DNA from: Lingula anatina
Taxonomy: Eukaryota > Animalia > Brachiopoda
DNA length: 64,000 nucleotides
Assembly (NCBI GenBank): GCA_051362555.1
Contig: CM120640.1
Location: 50,880,788-50,944,787, forward strand
Direction: 5' to 3'
Both the position numbers and the translations under genes were made by a program. A model generated the notes under the pieces. It was given only the letters and a program-made list of their open reading frames with translations, did no database searches and was not told the DNA's origin. Below are positions 1 to 12,379 of the stretch, piece by piece (position 1 is the first letter of the stretch; each line of letters starts with the position of its first letter).

Positions 1-214
1 AGCACTCAGAGAGCGCAGACTTCCGCCAAGAAAATAATTAACTTATAATTAACCAATGCTTAATTAATTAATGTGTTATCACCAAAATCAATTACTTTTT
101 GTTTGTCTATTTCTGACGTATCCTGAAAAAAATAATCAAAGTCCACCCATTTTCGAGCTAGAGTGGTGACGAGCAAAAAGACGAACAGACAAACTGAGGT
201 GAAAACATTACCTC
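1..214. mobile_element. Partial Helentron-associated (HINE/DINE-like) non-autonomous element
   Basis: Begins with 'agcactcagagagcgcagacttccgccaag' and ends with 'aacagacaaactgaggtgaaaacattacctc'. These resemble termini I recognise from aquatic-animal HINE-type repeats. Truncated by the window edge. Confidence 0.45.
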
Positions 215-818
215 ATCTAATTGTTCATGATTTTAAGACTGAAGCTAGTTAGACGCCCTTCACACAGGGCTACGACCTTTGTGCCTTTTTTTATGCAGCT
301 GTAGGCAGGAGGCCGTAAACCTGGTGGGTCCGCCCCTGGCTGACACAATACAGAAGGTTACAACAGCCGACTTATGCAAGAACCGCGACTAGAAAAAGAA
401 GGATCGTTCTATAATAACCTATGCATGGAGCCAGCGATGTTAGATTAATTCTACTAAAGGGTTAATTGGTCCAGGATTTGCGAATTAAAGATCTATTGGA
501 GAATAGGCAAGTTTAGAGGATGTCTTAAAGCTAGCTGTGACCCTACGTTTCTTTGCCACTGGCGAAAAGTGCCTTTGCTCTCAAAGCAATTTGTTTGACT
601 CCAAATCCGACTGTTTGTGCAATTTGATAAACAGATCATCATGTAAAATAAAAGTAAGGTGATGCAACAAAGTAGTTCACGGAAAGCAGAAGAGAAGCAG
701 AAGCATTTACAAAGTAGTCGAAATGCTGGCTTGGAGACACCGCAGTCAAAATAACCAGCGTTCAATGGGTGGAAATGGTCAACCAAGGAAGGTACCATGA
801 GGGGAGTAGCATTGTAGA

Positions 819-1101
819 TAGACTTTGGGTCAAAAAGGTTGCCCCACCATTAGTCCTATGTGTTGCTATCGAAATCACTGTGGAAAATCATCTTTAAGGG
901 GGGCGTTTGTTCTTAATTTGAATAAATGGTATAGTTATGGACATCTTTACCGGTATTTGGGCTTTTTTAACCCTAAGTCATGTTAAATATGGTGTATGGA
1001 ACAAAAACACTATTTAAAACGGTTTACAGCTCCCATACGATCATTTGTAAGCAAAAGCACATAGGATTGAAGGTGGGACAACTTTTTTAACCAAGGGTGT
1101 A
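819..1101. mobile_element. Tc1/mariner-type MITE (~280 bp)
   Basis: Imperfect ~28-bp TIRs (ta-gactttgggtcaaaaaggttgccccacc ... ggtgggacaacttttttaaccaagggtg-ta), with TA at both ends. Confidence 0.6.
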
Positions 1102-3150
1102 GAGTCAAAATTCCATCTAATAATTACGTGGAGAACAGTGGCCGATCACTGTGCATCAATTCTGCAACCAAGGCAAAAAAAACCTCCTCTCAGCTCCCTT
1201 TCAGCAACCAACTTCCTTTGCTATCTTTGTGCTGTTATTTCAAACCTGTTAAAGAATTTACCGTAGACCGTTAACTAACAAGGTCTTTAGCGTTATTAAA
1301 AAAAAAAACAAATGCTTGTCAAACTGGATATTTGTGCATTCTAAATATCATTATTTACAAACTTGTACCTTATATGTCCGAGAGAAACATCAATACAAAA
1401 CATTCTTAAAGTCTTATAAGGGTGGTCAAAGGTTCATTGCTAAGGCCGATAAAGAAGGGAAATCTCTTTGGTCTTTTTTGACCTTTTTATACAAAGCGTT
1501 ACAGTAATAAACAAGATGCTGAACTAAAAAGACCTTAATATTGAAACAACTTTTCACGCGTTATAAAAGATGGTGAATCCGAGATAGTGAATGCTTACTA
1601 GACTTTACGGGATTCTGCGCGATAACCTTTGTATGTGTCCTCGATCTATAACTACGGTTTTCTAAGATGATAATAACGAGATTAAAGTTCGCTGGCATCC
1701 TTTGTTTGCTTTCAAAACACCATCCAATCAATTAAGTGCTGTATAGGTAAGGGAAGTTTATAGAATGATCAGATTTGAGGACACAGTCATTTGACATATC
1801 TGGAAGCGACGTTAAATTTTTTTATTGTTTCTTCAACAATGTGGATATTAGAGAATTTTTTAATCATACCGTAGTTAGTAGCACGTTTAGATACAGGCTT
1901 TCTTGTGTCTGTATGGCATCTGCTGATAACATTGAGAAAGTAGTTTGTAAACACTCATGCGGTCTGATCTGTGATCTAGTCTAAGGGTTCCCATAGGCTA
2001 GGCGATAGATGGGTTATTTCTTTAGGCATACCATGCTGTCTTTATAGTAAATGTGGAATTTTTTGCGTACATAAATACATGTATGGATATGTAAAGCATA
2101 TGTAAAGCACTTAGGCACATGCACCATTCATCAAAAGTGTCTACCATCACAAGGACATCTTGGGACTACAAGTATATAGGCTACATGAGTACGTCGAGGA
2201 ATTCCGATCCAGACTGCCATTACGTCACTGTGGCAATCATCATCATCAAAACAACTCTGCTGGTCTCCTGCACTGTTACACCAATTGAGGCAACCCATAC
2301 CATCGTGCCTCTCTAGATTAAATATTTTTTTCATTTGATTAATATACCAAGTGCATCAATCCAATTATAGTGCTATGAGACGTGATCATTTAAGTCCCTG
2401 ATGATTGGGATTAGAAGTATTATACAGCATAATGCCAGACAACACACATATTTGGGATATTTTATCTCATTATCTAAGTAATCCATCACATTCTATACGT
2501 AACTAAGAAGTGAGAACATCAAATGTTATCATTCAGAAAACGTAAAATGGCTTACCATTTAATAGAATTTTCTTTGGAAAGGTAACTTTATTATTCACTC
2601 CGCGTAATATTTAATCTTCAAAGAATTCACCAGGGGTTTACTGGCAGTATATGGTTGCAACTCCAACTCAATGACAATGAACATGATAGTCAAACCAATA
2701 CGTTTATGTCAAAACTAATTGATTTGCTCAACAAATCAAATTGAAATTTCAGGAAAAAAGTTGTAGGGCCCACTCTGTAAATTTCGGGTTCAAAAGTTTT
2801 ACTGAAACCTGCAGTCGTAAATGAAAGCAAACTCTGCAATTTGTCTTTTCAGCATATATCTGGCTCTGTTAGATTCATTCTATTGATCTCGCTTTGCTTT
2901 CATAAAAGATCCTAAGAGTCGAACAGTCTTTATAGAAAGTTAAGGATATAATATACCACTCAATCGAAAGTTCACCGAGGCACTCTGTTGGAACCAGGCT
3001 CAACGCATGCGCAAATACATGTATCTTTATAGATGGAAAGTAATTGTCCCCGCTTTAGTTATCTGTTATCGTTGGTTTATTTATGTTATGCGATCACCTT
3101 TTAAAGCCCAGTAGAAAAGCAGCAGCACTGGAATATGTTCTTGTCACCAG

Positions 3151-3297
3151 GGCTCCGTATCTCGAAAGGTTCGCTATGTTGCGCACGTGCGTTAGTGTCT
3201 CGATTCCATAACCGATTCTATTTCGAGATACGGGGCCATGGAATCGAGACACTTGCTCACGTGCGCAACATAGCGAACCTTTCGAGATACGGAGCCC
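3151..3297. mobile_element. Foldback MITE, PIF/Harbinger-like
   Basis: Near-perfect ~60-bp inverted arms (ggctccgtatctcgaaaggttcgctatgttgcgcacgtg... / ...cacgtgcgcaacatagcgaacctttcgagatacggagcc), with CAG on both flanks. Confidence 0.7.
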
Positions 3298-3322
3298 CAG
3301 CAAAGCTCTCTTTTACCACACA

Positions 3323-3411
3323 CCCATCAAACACAGAACGTTATTATAACGTTACCATTAGGTTTATGGTAACGTTATGGTTACTTTATAAAACGTTCTG
3401 TGTTTGCAGGG
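3323..3411. mobile_element. Small TIR element (CCC...GGG termini)
   Basis: cccatcaaacacagaacgtt ... aacgttctgtgtttgcaggg, with internal aacgtt repeats. Confidence 0.55.
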
Positions 3412-5282
3412 TACAGCCTATGGCTCCTGTTGTGCATTCTTACTGTATTGAAGTCTGGCGCGTCCTTTTGGCAAAGCAATGGAATTTTCAAATTCAAAAT
3501 GTGCAAGTTTTAAACTTAACTGCTTACTGGGTGAATAATGAAACATAGATAGAGTAAAATGTAGCATAATATACATGTACTAGTAGTAATGCATGCATTC
3601 TGTATATTTTTGCCCAGAAAGATTGGTGCACCTCGTCATATTGTGAATTTTCCGTAAATCATAGTGTAACCAGACAAACACAGCTGTCACTGCATAAACG
3701 TTTATTGAGATACTGGTATCATAAGTATAAGGCTTCCAGATTTGCATCCTGTAAGAACAATAAACAATATGAATTTATTCTAAATAATATTTAACTTCTG
3801 ACTCTTAATAATATACAATTACAACATGTGTTTATTTAAATCAAACACTATAATACAGTACAAAGCAGCTACTTTTATCTGAGACCGTGTAATTACTGAA
3901 TGTATTATATATATATATAACCATCTACAATATTTCAACAGTACACGTACCATGTATGTCAACTTATAGTTCACACTGCAGACACATTCTTATCATACAG
4001 GTCACCAACCTATAATATAAGCACATCTTAACTATTTTTTCCAGACGTACCATTATTGAATGATTATTCTCACTACACCAGTATATTCAATGATATCTAA
4101 TATACACATTCTTCTCATTAAACTTTTAAACTTACACTATTAACTATATATTAACACAATACACGTAAACTTAAATTCAAATTATAGTATAACGTAAAAC
4201 TCCCTGTTCTTTATGCACTGCTAACAATAAAAAAATCCAGTAATATGTTCTAAACATGAATTATACTATAAAACAATGTAAACTTACATTGTTGCCAACT
4301 TTTTTACTTTATACACTGTATGCTAGCTGCCCAGGTAGAAACTCAACTGCAAGGTAATGCTGTCTTAGCTAAATCCTCAACTTGACAGTGTGGCCATAAG
4401 TAGAGGCTATGCCATGCCAGCAAACTCCTTTACTATTCAGCTGTCCTGCTACACAGACCAACTCCCAACTCACAAGTGGTGTCCTAGTATATCTGACTTA
4501 CACCTCACTGTCCACTAGGCCATATGACTGGTGAGTAGTACTCTAATCAACGCTCTGATAATCATACACTAAGTGTTAGGAGCAATGACATGTGACATAT
4601 GGAAACACATGCTTTCTATTGGGTACAATAATAACTATTTTGCATATGACTTAAAACATTGCAAATATCTAAGATGTAAGTGAAACGAGCGAGGAAAATG
4701 ACTATTTTGTCATGTGGCATACTGTTGATAAGGGATAAACAGACTTTGTTGTCGATTTTTGCCTGCTCATGTCGTAATTTATATAAATGTACTGGGAGTT
4801 ATTTGTTTTAAAGCTATATTTTGTCCACGCATTGTCCACATGTGTATCTTTGCTTTAACCAAAATGTTCTGTTGGTGGAAAAAATATGTAGCTGTTCATA
4901 TTCAACCACAAAAACCACATGACTCCTTTGGGCCACTAAAAAGAGTCTGAAAACCGCACCGTGATCTGTTAGTGAGGGGATCATGTGTTGGTATTGGGGT
5001 TCTTTACCATACGTCTCGCTCTGCACATATTTATGCCTCCTCATTAACAAGCGAAATAAAGGAAAAACACAAATATGGTGTTCGAAATTTAGCCGGTGAA
5101 GTACACTTTTATTGAAAGCCCCCCCCCCCCCCCATCCCCCCCCATCCCCCCCCCCCCCCCCCCCCCAGTAAAAGAATAGTGTAAAGTAATAACGTAGCAT
5201 TAGAAAATATTGAATCAATTAAGTTACGTAATGTTATAGCATAAATAATAAATATCCAGACAAATAATGCACGTATTTTCAT

Positions 5283-5613
5283 TTGGGGGGTTGCTGACGC
5301 TCTAAACTTATTTCCAGCAGTCTGCCTTTCAGACTGGCGGAAAATTCGATTTGAATGTTGGGCCTATAGTTCTTCAACTATGGATCTGGCAGATTTGGTC
5401 CGTATTCCTCTAGCCATGAGGAAAACACTGGCACATCCATCATTAGTAAGGCAGTGTCTATCTGCATAATCGCCCGGATTGACAATGCCACTAATAACTC
5501 TTCTCCGTGGAATTCTGTTTATGGCTTTCCTGTTGATATGCTTGAGGATGCCTGGCCATTTCTGTCTTTTTAAGGCCTGTGTCCATTTAAGCGATCGCCT
5601 GGTTTCTAATTTC
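5283..5613 (-). pseudogene. Decayed Tc1-like transposase N-terminal HTH region
   Basis: Minus-strand translation with two stops and one frameshift: EIRNQAIA*MDTGLKKTEMARH/LKHINRKAINRIPRR...MARGIRTKSARSIVEEL*AQHSNRIFRQ. The pattern resembles the Tc1 paired-like HTH. Confidence 0.45.
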
Positions 5614-7959
5614 TATGCCAGTGGCAAAGAATAGTTTGATGAATTTGATTGTATCCAGATATATACTAAAATGGTAGAGATGAGGCGAAAACAGTTTTAT
5701 ATGCTCTGACTAAACGACATGTTTTTACATACCCATATGAGTTAGGGTGTTATACCGTGGAAACAGATCTATGAAAAGTGTCCAATTTAATACTAGTTTA
5801 TATCAAGCACCAATAGATGAAGAGCAATAAGCAATATATTTAATGCTGTAGCATATTGGCCCATTGATAAAAAACTGAAACGGCAGCGGCAGCAGTTTGA
5901 GATACAGATGGCATGAAACCACTTTAGAAAACAAACGCTGCTTCTTACTTGGTTCCAGTGAAGCAATGTCAAATATAGACTTATATGAATGGTTACTTTT
6001 TGGTAGGATCAGTTTTCCGCAGTATTTCTAATCTGAATGGTATAATGATACACTTCCATTAACCGTGATGAGGAGTTTCCGACAGTTGCTTCGAAATATT
6101 TAAATGCTTACTTCGACTTCTACTCTCGAACAATATCACTCTGAACCTGCATTAAGTTGAATTGCGATTTCAAGTGTAGTTCACAACTGAGTGATTTTTC
6201 GGCAACTTTACTACTAAGGCCTCAATATCTGAGAATAGAAATGAACGAAAGCGATATATAACACGTTTAACTAGCGAACTGGAAATCATTTCAATTTCCC
6301 GAAATTAAGTTCTTTGAAACGCAATAATGTCAGAAGCTTTAGCAAAATGTTGATTGGCGTTTTAACGTAATCAAATGACCATTTGGAATCCCACCTCAGT
6401 TGCTGTCATTCCCCTCAGATTTCTGTCTGACATTTAGATTAGGAATAAATATGGATGCGTGAATGTCAGAAACACTCATCAGTTGCTCTCATCTCATATT
6501 TGTTTCTCATCCTGGGGTGCACGGTCCACATATTCCTTTGCAAACAAATTGTCAATATGGTGCTCGAGATCAGATGAAATCAATTACTACAAATTCATAG
6601 AGATGAAAATAAGAATGCGAAGTCTTTTGTAGCTGACAGAATTCAATTTTCTGTCATTTTTCAATTCGCTTTCAAGCAGTTATCCGATCATCTGTCGGTG
6701 TTTCATTTTTCCGAGTGACAGGTGGTTGAGGGGTTTCTGGCCGTTTACTCTTGAAGCAAGTGCCATAAAAGGAAGTCTAAACCAAGCATCATTTTTATCA
6801 CGTACTCGCATTATTTCTTTTTTATTTGCTTAGTTTGAAAGCAAAATATATGTTCGTTCTACTGTAGTCAATAACGTACTCAGCTGTACAAGTGCAACAT
6901 TAAGGTCAAATTACTCAGTGGAAGTCGTTTATTATATGCGGGTAATAATTACATCAAACTGTTACGAAAACTTTGGCTATGATATACCGCGTTACACTGC
7001 GTATCTCACCCAAACCCAATAAAGAGGTGCAATTGAGGTCGCAGGCATGCTCTTAAAATATTAAGTGCACAGATTGCAAACTATGTTTAATAATTTTAGG
7101 GTGCGACATGAAGAAGTTGGTACCAAAGTTTCAGTTTCCTGGAACCATTAATAATAAAAAAATAATTCATCGACTATCCCCAAAAAGGAACATACGTTAC
7201 TGTCTCAAATGCAAAACGTCCAGCTGTGAAACCTTTTACTCACTTTGAAAATTCAATCGTCAATGGTTTTGATCTTTTTAAAAAATTATAATATTCTTCT
7301 GTATAGAGCAGTTAATTGTTTTGAGCGATTTTAGTTTGCTTGTCACTGAATATAAAAAAAACCCTATCGACAGTAAAATAAGCATTATATAAATTATTTT
7401 TCCCCTCGTGATCCAAATATTATATAAGAAATGTCAAACTATCATGGAATCACAATATATTTTTCGGTCAGCAACAGAAAACACCGTTTTCTGTTGCACC
7501 AAGTACTGGAACAAAATGAAACTTTTTGACAATTTTTCATGGGGAACATAGTATTAGCCATGACACAAAATCCATTGAGTTACAGTTTAAATATTTATAT
7601 AAATACATCCTTACGTCATGTATAATTTACCATGAGTGAATCACTACAAAATATATCGGAACGCGGTATAAAATTTAAAATTAAATGACCCGGAACATAC
7701 GTTACCATACGTTTCCGGAACATACATTACCATTAATGTTAAGACATGGTAAAAAATAAAATTTGAATTTAAATTGAGACAGTCGTGGATTTTTGTTCTA
7801 TACACATATATGTTTTTAAAAATTGAATACAACTTTGAATTCATACAATTTTATTTTTGTACACTTCAGCATGTGAAATGCACCTCTGTATTGGGTTTGG
7901 GTGATCTGCGTTTTACAATATGCCTGGCCTGTTTTTGGCTTTGATTCAAACATGCTGTA

Positions 7960-8190
7960 GACGTTCTCACCTCCAGGGGAAAGATACAGTCCAGCGTATG
8001 TCATGTTGAAAGATAACATGTTAACAATATGTACCTCTGCCAGAGCAGGTACTTTATCCCTGCTTCATCCATTAAATATTGAATATTAAGCGAGAAGACA
8101 ACAGGTGCCGTTTACGAAGGACTGGCATGTCCCCGGAAAGGATGGAACCCACGTCCTCCTGCACCGCTGGCGGGCAAAGACACCCGGTAG
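7960..8190 (-). mobile_element. Degenerate tRNA-derived SINE
   Basis: The minus strand has a B-box-like 'gacgtgggttccatcc' followed by a body resembling molluscan SINE cores. Boundaries are approximate. Confidence 0.35.
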
Positions 8191-9681
8191 TATACAGTTT
8201 GCCATTCGATATAAAACGCCAATAATAAAATCAACGCATCTTTACGTTGGATATTAGATAATGACTTAACCGCACGTGGGTTAATTTGAAAAAAGGGGAT
8301 TAAATATGTTTCAAAGACAGTTCACATACCACAATACAAACATAATACAAAGGTTTTAGTGAGATTAAAAAGAAGCAAAACCATCACGCTGCGAAATGAA
8401 CGCAGTTTCAAACACACAAACATACACACAAATGAACTTCACTGAGTAGTATTACGCAAACAAAGTAACTACCAGCAAACTCAGCTGAATAAATATGTAA
8501 CATACAGCATGTAATGGATAAATCAAAGCAGGATAGTAAATCAAAATAATCAGACTTTGTATCTTTTATTGGTAATAAGAATTACGTAGAATAAAATTTA
8601 CCGCCCTGCGTAGCCATAGCATGCCAAGTTAGAGTCAGTGCAGTGCAGTATGGTGGAAATGTCAAGCTGTCTTTGATCTAAAGGTCTCCAGGTGTTGGGG
8701 GCGTGCATCTGGTATGCGAGATTTATGTAGAACGAAGGGTTTCACTTTACATCCATCGATGATATTGTATTGGTAAATTTCGACTCACATGTGGAAAAAT
8801 CCAACACAAACACTTTTAAGGTAAGCCTTACGTTTACTTTTTATTCTCATTGGTGCTGACAAGAAAATATTACAACAACTCAAACAAAATATATCTCCCA
8901 AATCTAATTTGGCACAGTGCTTTCATAAATGTGTTCAAAATAGGAATACAAAGATGATTGTAAAAAATTCATAACAGTGCAATTAAAACAAAATAAAAGG
9001 CACGGTGTACCCATTTGAATGTACAGTTAAGATAAATAGAATAGGTATATACAATGGGCATCATCCAAGATAGTCCAAACTCACTCTTGCAAATGAGTTT
9101 CAGATTAAGCAAGAATTTTAGCTGGAATTGGAGAAGAGAGGGGCCAGAAAAAATGGAGGACCATTGAATGTAGTGTGGCAAAGAATAAAAGCTGACAATT
9201 TATCCACAGATATTTTTCATTATATTTTGCATGTCTTTTTTTATATTGCTTTCTAAAATAACATTCCTGGTGCATAGAATTTCACCCTTATTGCTTAAAC
9301 ATTAATCACACTTCCTGTGGATTCTCTGCACTTTTTTTTCCTCAGGTATGACATCAGGCACTGCCATCAGCTTCCTTAAGGTTATATCTGATGATACCCA
9401 TGTATTGTTAACAATGGCTGGCCCTTATTCAAATACTGTTTTTATCAAAATCAAAAAAGAAAACCAGCCCACACAGATGCAATATCAAAGTTTTGTTCTA
9501 CAGTACTTACAAATATATAAAAATAATTTTCATAACATGGAATGTTCATATGTCATCTATAAAAAGTTATAAAAAAATGACAAGCTCCTGCCAAGCTTTC
9601 ATCCAACTTCACAATATCAACCTAATTTTTTGTTTATGTCCCGCAGAACAGAGGCTACCCGTAATTATAATCTAGTTTAAA

Positions 9682-9686
<5 letters not shown>

Positions 9687-9721
<35 letters not shown>
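9687..9721. repeat. (TA)n microsatellite in the channel 3' UTR
   Basis: Read directly. Confidence 0.95.
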
Positions 9722-9724
<3 letters not shown>

Positions 9725-9749
9725 CATAAAAAAGGACCCATATTTTCTA

Positions 9750-10076
9750 TTATTTTGAGTGATTCTTTGGGTCATCCACAGTCTCTCCATTGTCGTTGAA
9801 TTGCATATCCATATATGCCCCCTCAGCTGAAGTGTTAGCTACCTTATTTTCAAGTCTGGACTTGGATCTAGAAGATCTAGACTTTCTCTTTTTTCTCTTT
9901 GGCTGTTGTTCCTGTACCTTTGACACATACACTTGCATTTGGTTGTGCAGTTCTTCTTTCCTTCTTTTTAACTCTTCTTGCTGAATTTCTTTTCTTTTTC
10001 TGTTTTCAAGAATCTGTGTACAAAGTTCCTCATACTTTTTGCAATTTTTAGCAAGTATCTTCTTGCGTTTATATAT
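9750..10076 (-). CDS. pLGIC exon 9: basic, coiled-coil-like C-terminal tail and stop
   Basis: Acceptor cag, phase 0; IYKRKKILAKN...DDPKNHSK*. Confidence 0.8.
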   Translation of the reverse strand: MYKRKKILAKNCKKYEELCTQILENRKRKEIQQEELKRRKEELHNQMQVYVSKVQEQQPKRKKRKSRSSRSKSRLENKVANTSAEGAYMDMQFNDNGETVDDPKNHSK

Positions 10077-10457
10077 CTGTCCAAAACAAATTAATATTGT
10101 CATGTGTAGGACCAGTGTGTTCTCCATATAAGTAATATATATTGTTTAAATATCTGGGAGGGGGGGGGAGTTCTGAGCTAACTGCCCTTTTTGCTGAGTT
10201 AAATTTGGTATAGGCACATGGAGGTTTCATGGTGAAAAGTCCACTTTTTCAGAAATAAAATGCACCTTTGAGATTGCTGGCAACAGGACTGCATATAAAT
10301 GTTTCTACTTTTACTTTCTTGCAAACAAGTTTCAAAATTTATTTACAGTACAGTACTGTACAGAGTAGCAGGTGCTGATCAAGGTGAACTGAAATCTCTT
10401 TACAGGCTTTACTTATACATATTTTATTGAAATCAAAGAATAGTCTTTAAAACATAC

Positions 10458-10631
10458 CTTGATGAAGAGCCAGAATACCATAATAACTTGAAAAGCAATT
10501 GTGCAGCCTCCAATTATTGCAGCTGATGCTATGTCAAAGGTAAGTGCTGAGTCAGCCTGCAGTAATGCTACAATTGCATTCTCCCCTGCTATCAGAAACT
10601 GGATCACAAGGCAACCAATTACAAACAAATC
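10458..10631 (-). CDS. pLGIC exon 8: M3, short loop, M4
   Basis: DLFVIGCLVIQFLIAGENAIVALLQADSALTFDIASAAIIGGCTIAFQVIMVFWLFIK; ccag / gtatgt. Confidence 0.9.
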
Positions 10632-11325
10632 CTGGAAAGATATAGTGATAATAGTAAAATCTAGCCAAGCACAGCATTTTTATTTGAATGAAAATATTGT
10701 TATATAGCCATACTCTTTGAAGACCCTTTTGAGTTCTTTGAGTGCTTGCATGCTATAAATTTTGCAAAATGCATCTGGAGTTCTTTGAGTACTTTTTCAC
10801 TAAAAATTCTGCACTAGAAATGCTGGTTTTTAAAAAGTCATGCACAAGAGCAAATAAATATATTTTAAGTAAATCTGAAGTATCACACTGAATGCTGATG
10901 TAAATAATTTAATGGAGTAAAAAGCACTATATTCATATGATTTGAGGCATTATATAATATGTTAAAGTCAAACCAGGACAATTCTAGACTCAAAATCGGC
11001 CTAAAATGTGCCAAAAAAACTTTTGTTAAAATCATATGACCATGCTAATGTTCAAACTGAACTTACATTTTTGCAAAACAGTTACAACAATGGCATCAAC
11101 AGTGGCACTGGCAAGGGCATCAGAGATGATCCAGACAAGCCAATACAGTGATCAGATTATATACAGAAAACTAAAGTCTGTATGTAAAAAGGGTGAAGTG
11201 CTCTAGACCTCCTATTGATCTAGTAAGCCTAAAAACAATCAGGAATAGTTGGGCGGTCCTGGTTTGAACACAGTCATACATTTGCTACCAAGTGTTTTGT
11301 GCATGTTAATCTTCTTAAACCAGCA

Positions 11326-11578
11326 TGTAGAACACAAGACTCGGCCGTGCTGTATTCGACATACAAACACGTCATGTACGAGTGCGTTCCATGGTCTGTT
11401 GCACTCACATTACTCACTAGTGTAGTAGCCAATCAGAGGCCATGGTTTAAGCCAGATACAACACTCGTCGCTGAGCTGTACATAAAAAATTACTTGTGTA
11501 TTGTCGAGCCGCAGACAGCACAATACACTTGTAATATTTTACTTACAGCTGGGCGACGAGTGTTGTATCTATCACTTA
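11326..11578. mobile_element. Crypton-like non-autonomous element with an internal hairpin
   Basis: Inverted arms agatacaacactcgtcgctgagctgta (11454) and tacagctgggcgacgagtgttgtatct (ends 11570), matching at 25/27. Family assignment is by resemblance only. Confidence 0.5.
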
Positions 11579-11579
11579 C

Positions 11580-11735
11580 CAAAAATGTAAGGTAGGAGAC
11601 AGCTGGCAGACTGGAAGTTACAATAAACTTGAAGGCCACAGAAGTCAACAGGAGGGTCAGTGTCACACCAAGTCGGTCATTAGGAGATGCTCTATTTACA
11701 GTGAATGATGCAAATGTGAGCAACATAATACAGAA
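11580..11735 (-). CDS. pLGIC exon 7: end of M1, M2, M2-M3 loop
   Basis: FCIMLLTFASFTVNRASPNDRLGVTLTLLLTSVAFKFIVTSSLPAVSYLTFL; tcag / gtaagt. Confidence 0.92.
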
Positions 11736-11928
11736 CTGAAAATATAATATGAAAAATAATGAATCTTTTAATAAATGCATCTGTTATCAACAACTCCATA
11801 ATCAAAATACTTTGATTAAATCTACATAGAGAGCTATTTTCAAAATCGCTACCCATGTAAAATCAAACTGTATAAAAATATATATAAATATGTTTTTTTA
11901 ATCTTTCTATATCAACTTACATACTCAC

Positions 11929-12095
11929 CAAAACCAAGAAAACATTCCAAAAATAAAAGCCTGCTCTTCTCGTAACTTGCACTCCACTTTCATACATAGG
12001 GTACACACTTTGATCCCATGATACATGATTATCTGATGAGTTATAAGTGATCTTCTGACTATTCACATAGCACTTCAGTACCCACTGCTGCCTTG
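11929..12095 (-). CDS. pLGIC exon 6: loop F/C region, pre-M1 and start of M1
   Basis: ARQQWVLKCYVNSQ...VYPMYESGVQVTRRAGFYFWNVFLVL; ccag / gtgagt. Confidence 0.88.
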
Positions 12096-12279
12096 CTGGT
12101 TAAGAAAAATATCTAAGCTAAAAAATCAGCATTGTTTAAGAACATTTTTCTCATTTAAAAACCTAATATGCATTAACATTGTTTATATAATTACTGGCAC
12201 TGGTGATAACCATGATGTTTCTCATTATGTGTTAATCTTAAAAGGCATCTGACCTGACCTTTAAAGAAAAAGAAAATAC

Positions 12280-12379
12280 CTGAGAAGTTATCAGTCCTGA
12301 TTTTATCAATATTGGTCATACTTTTCTCAAACTCCAGCTCAGTGTTGGGCCAGTCAGACATTAGGCGCAGAGTAAGATT
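12280..12379 (-). CDS. pLGIC exon 5
   Basis: NLTLRLMSDWPNTELEFEKSMTNIDKIRTDNFS; tag / gtattt. Confidence 0.85.

Noticed and set aside
3094-3548. Overlapping ORFs on both strands with near-identical peptides
   Set aside because: Artefact of the palindromic MITE at 3151-3297.
4814-5218. 134-aa ORF with poly-Gly
   Set aside because: The Gly run comes from a poly-C tract (5118-5166); there is no other coding signal.
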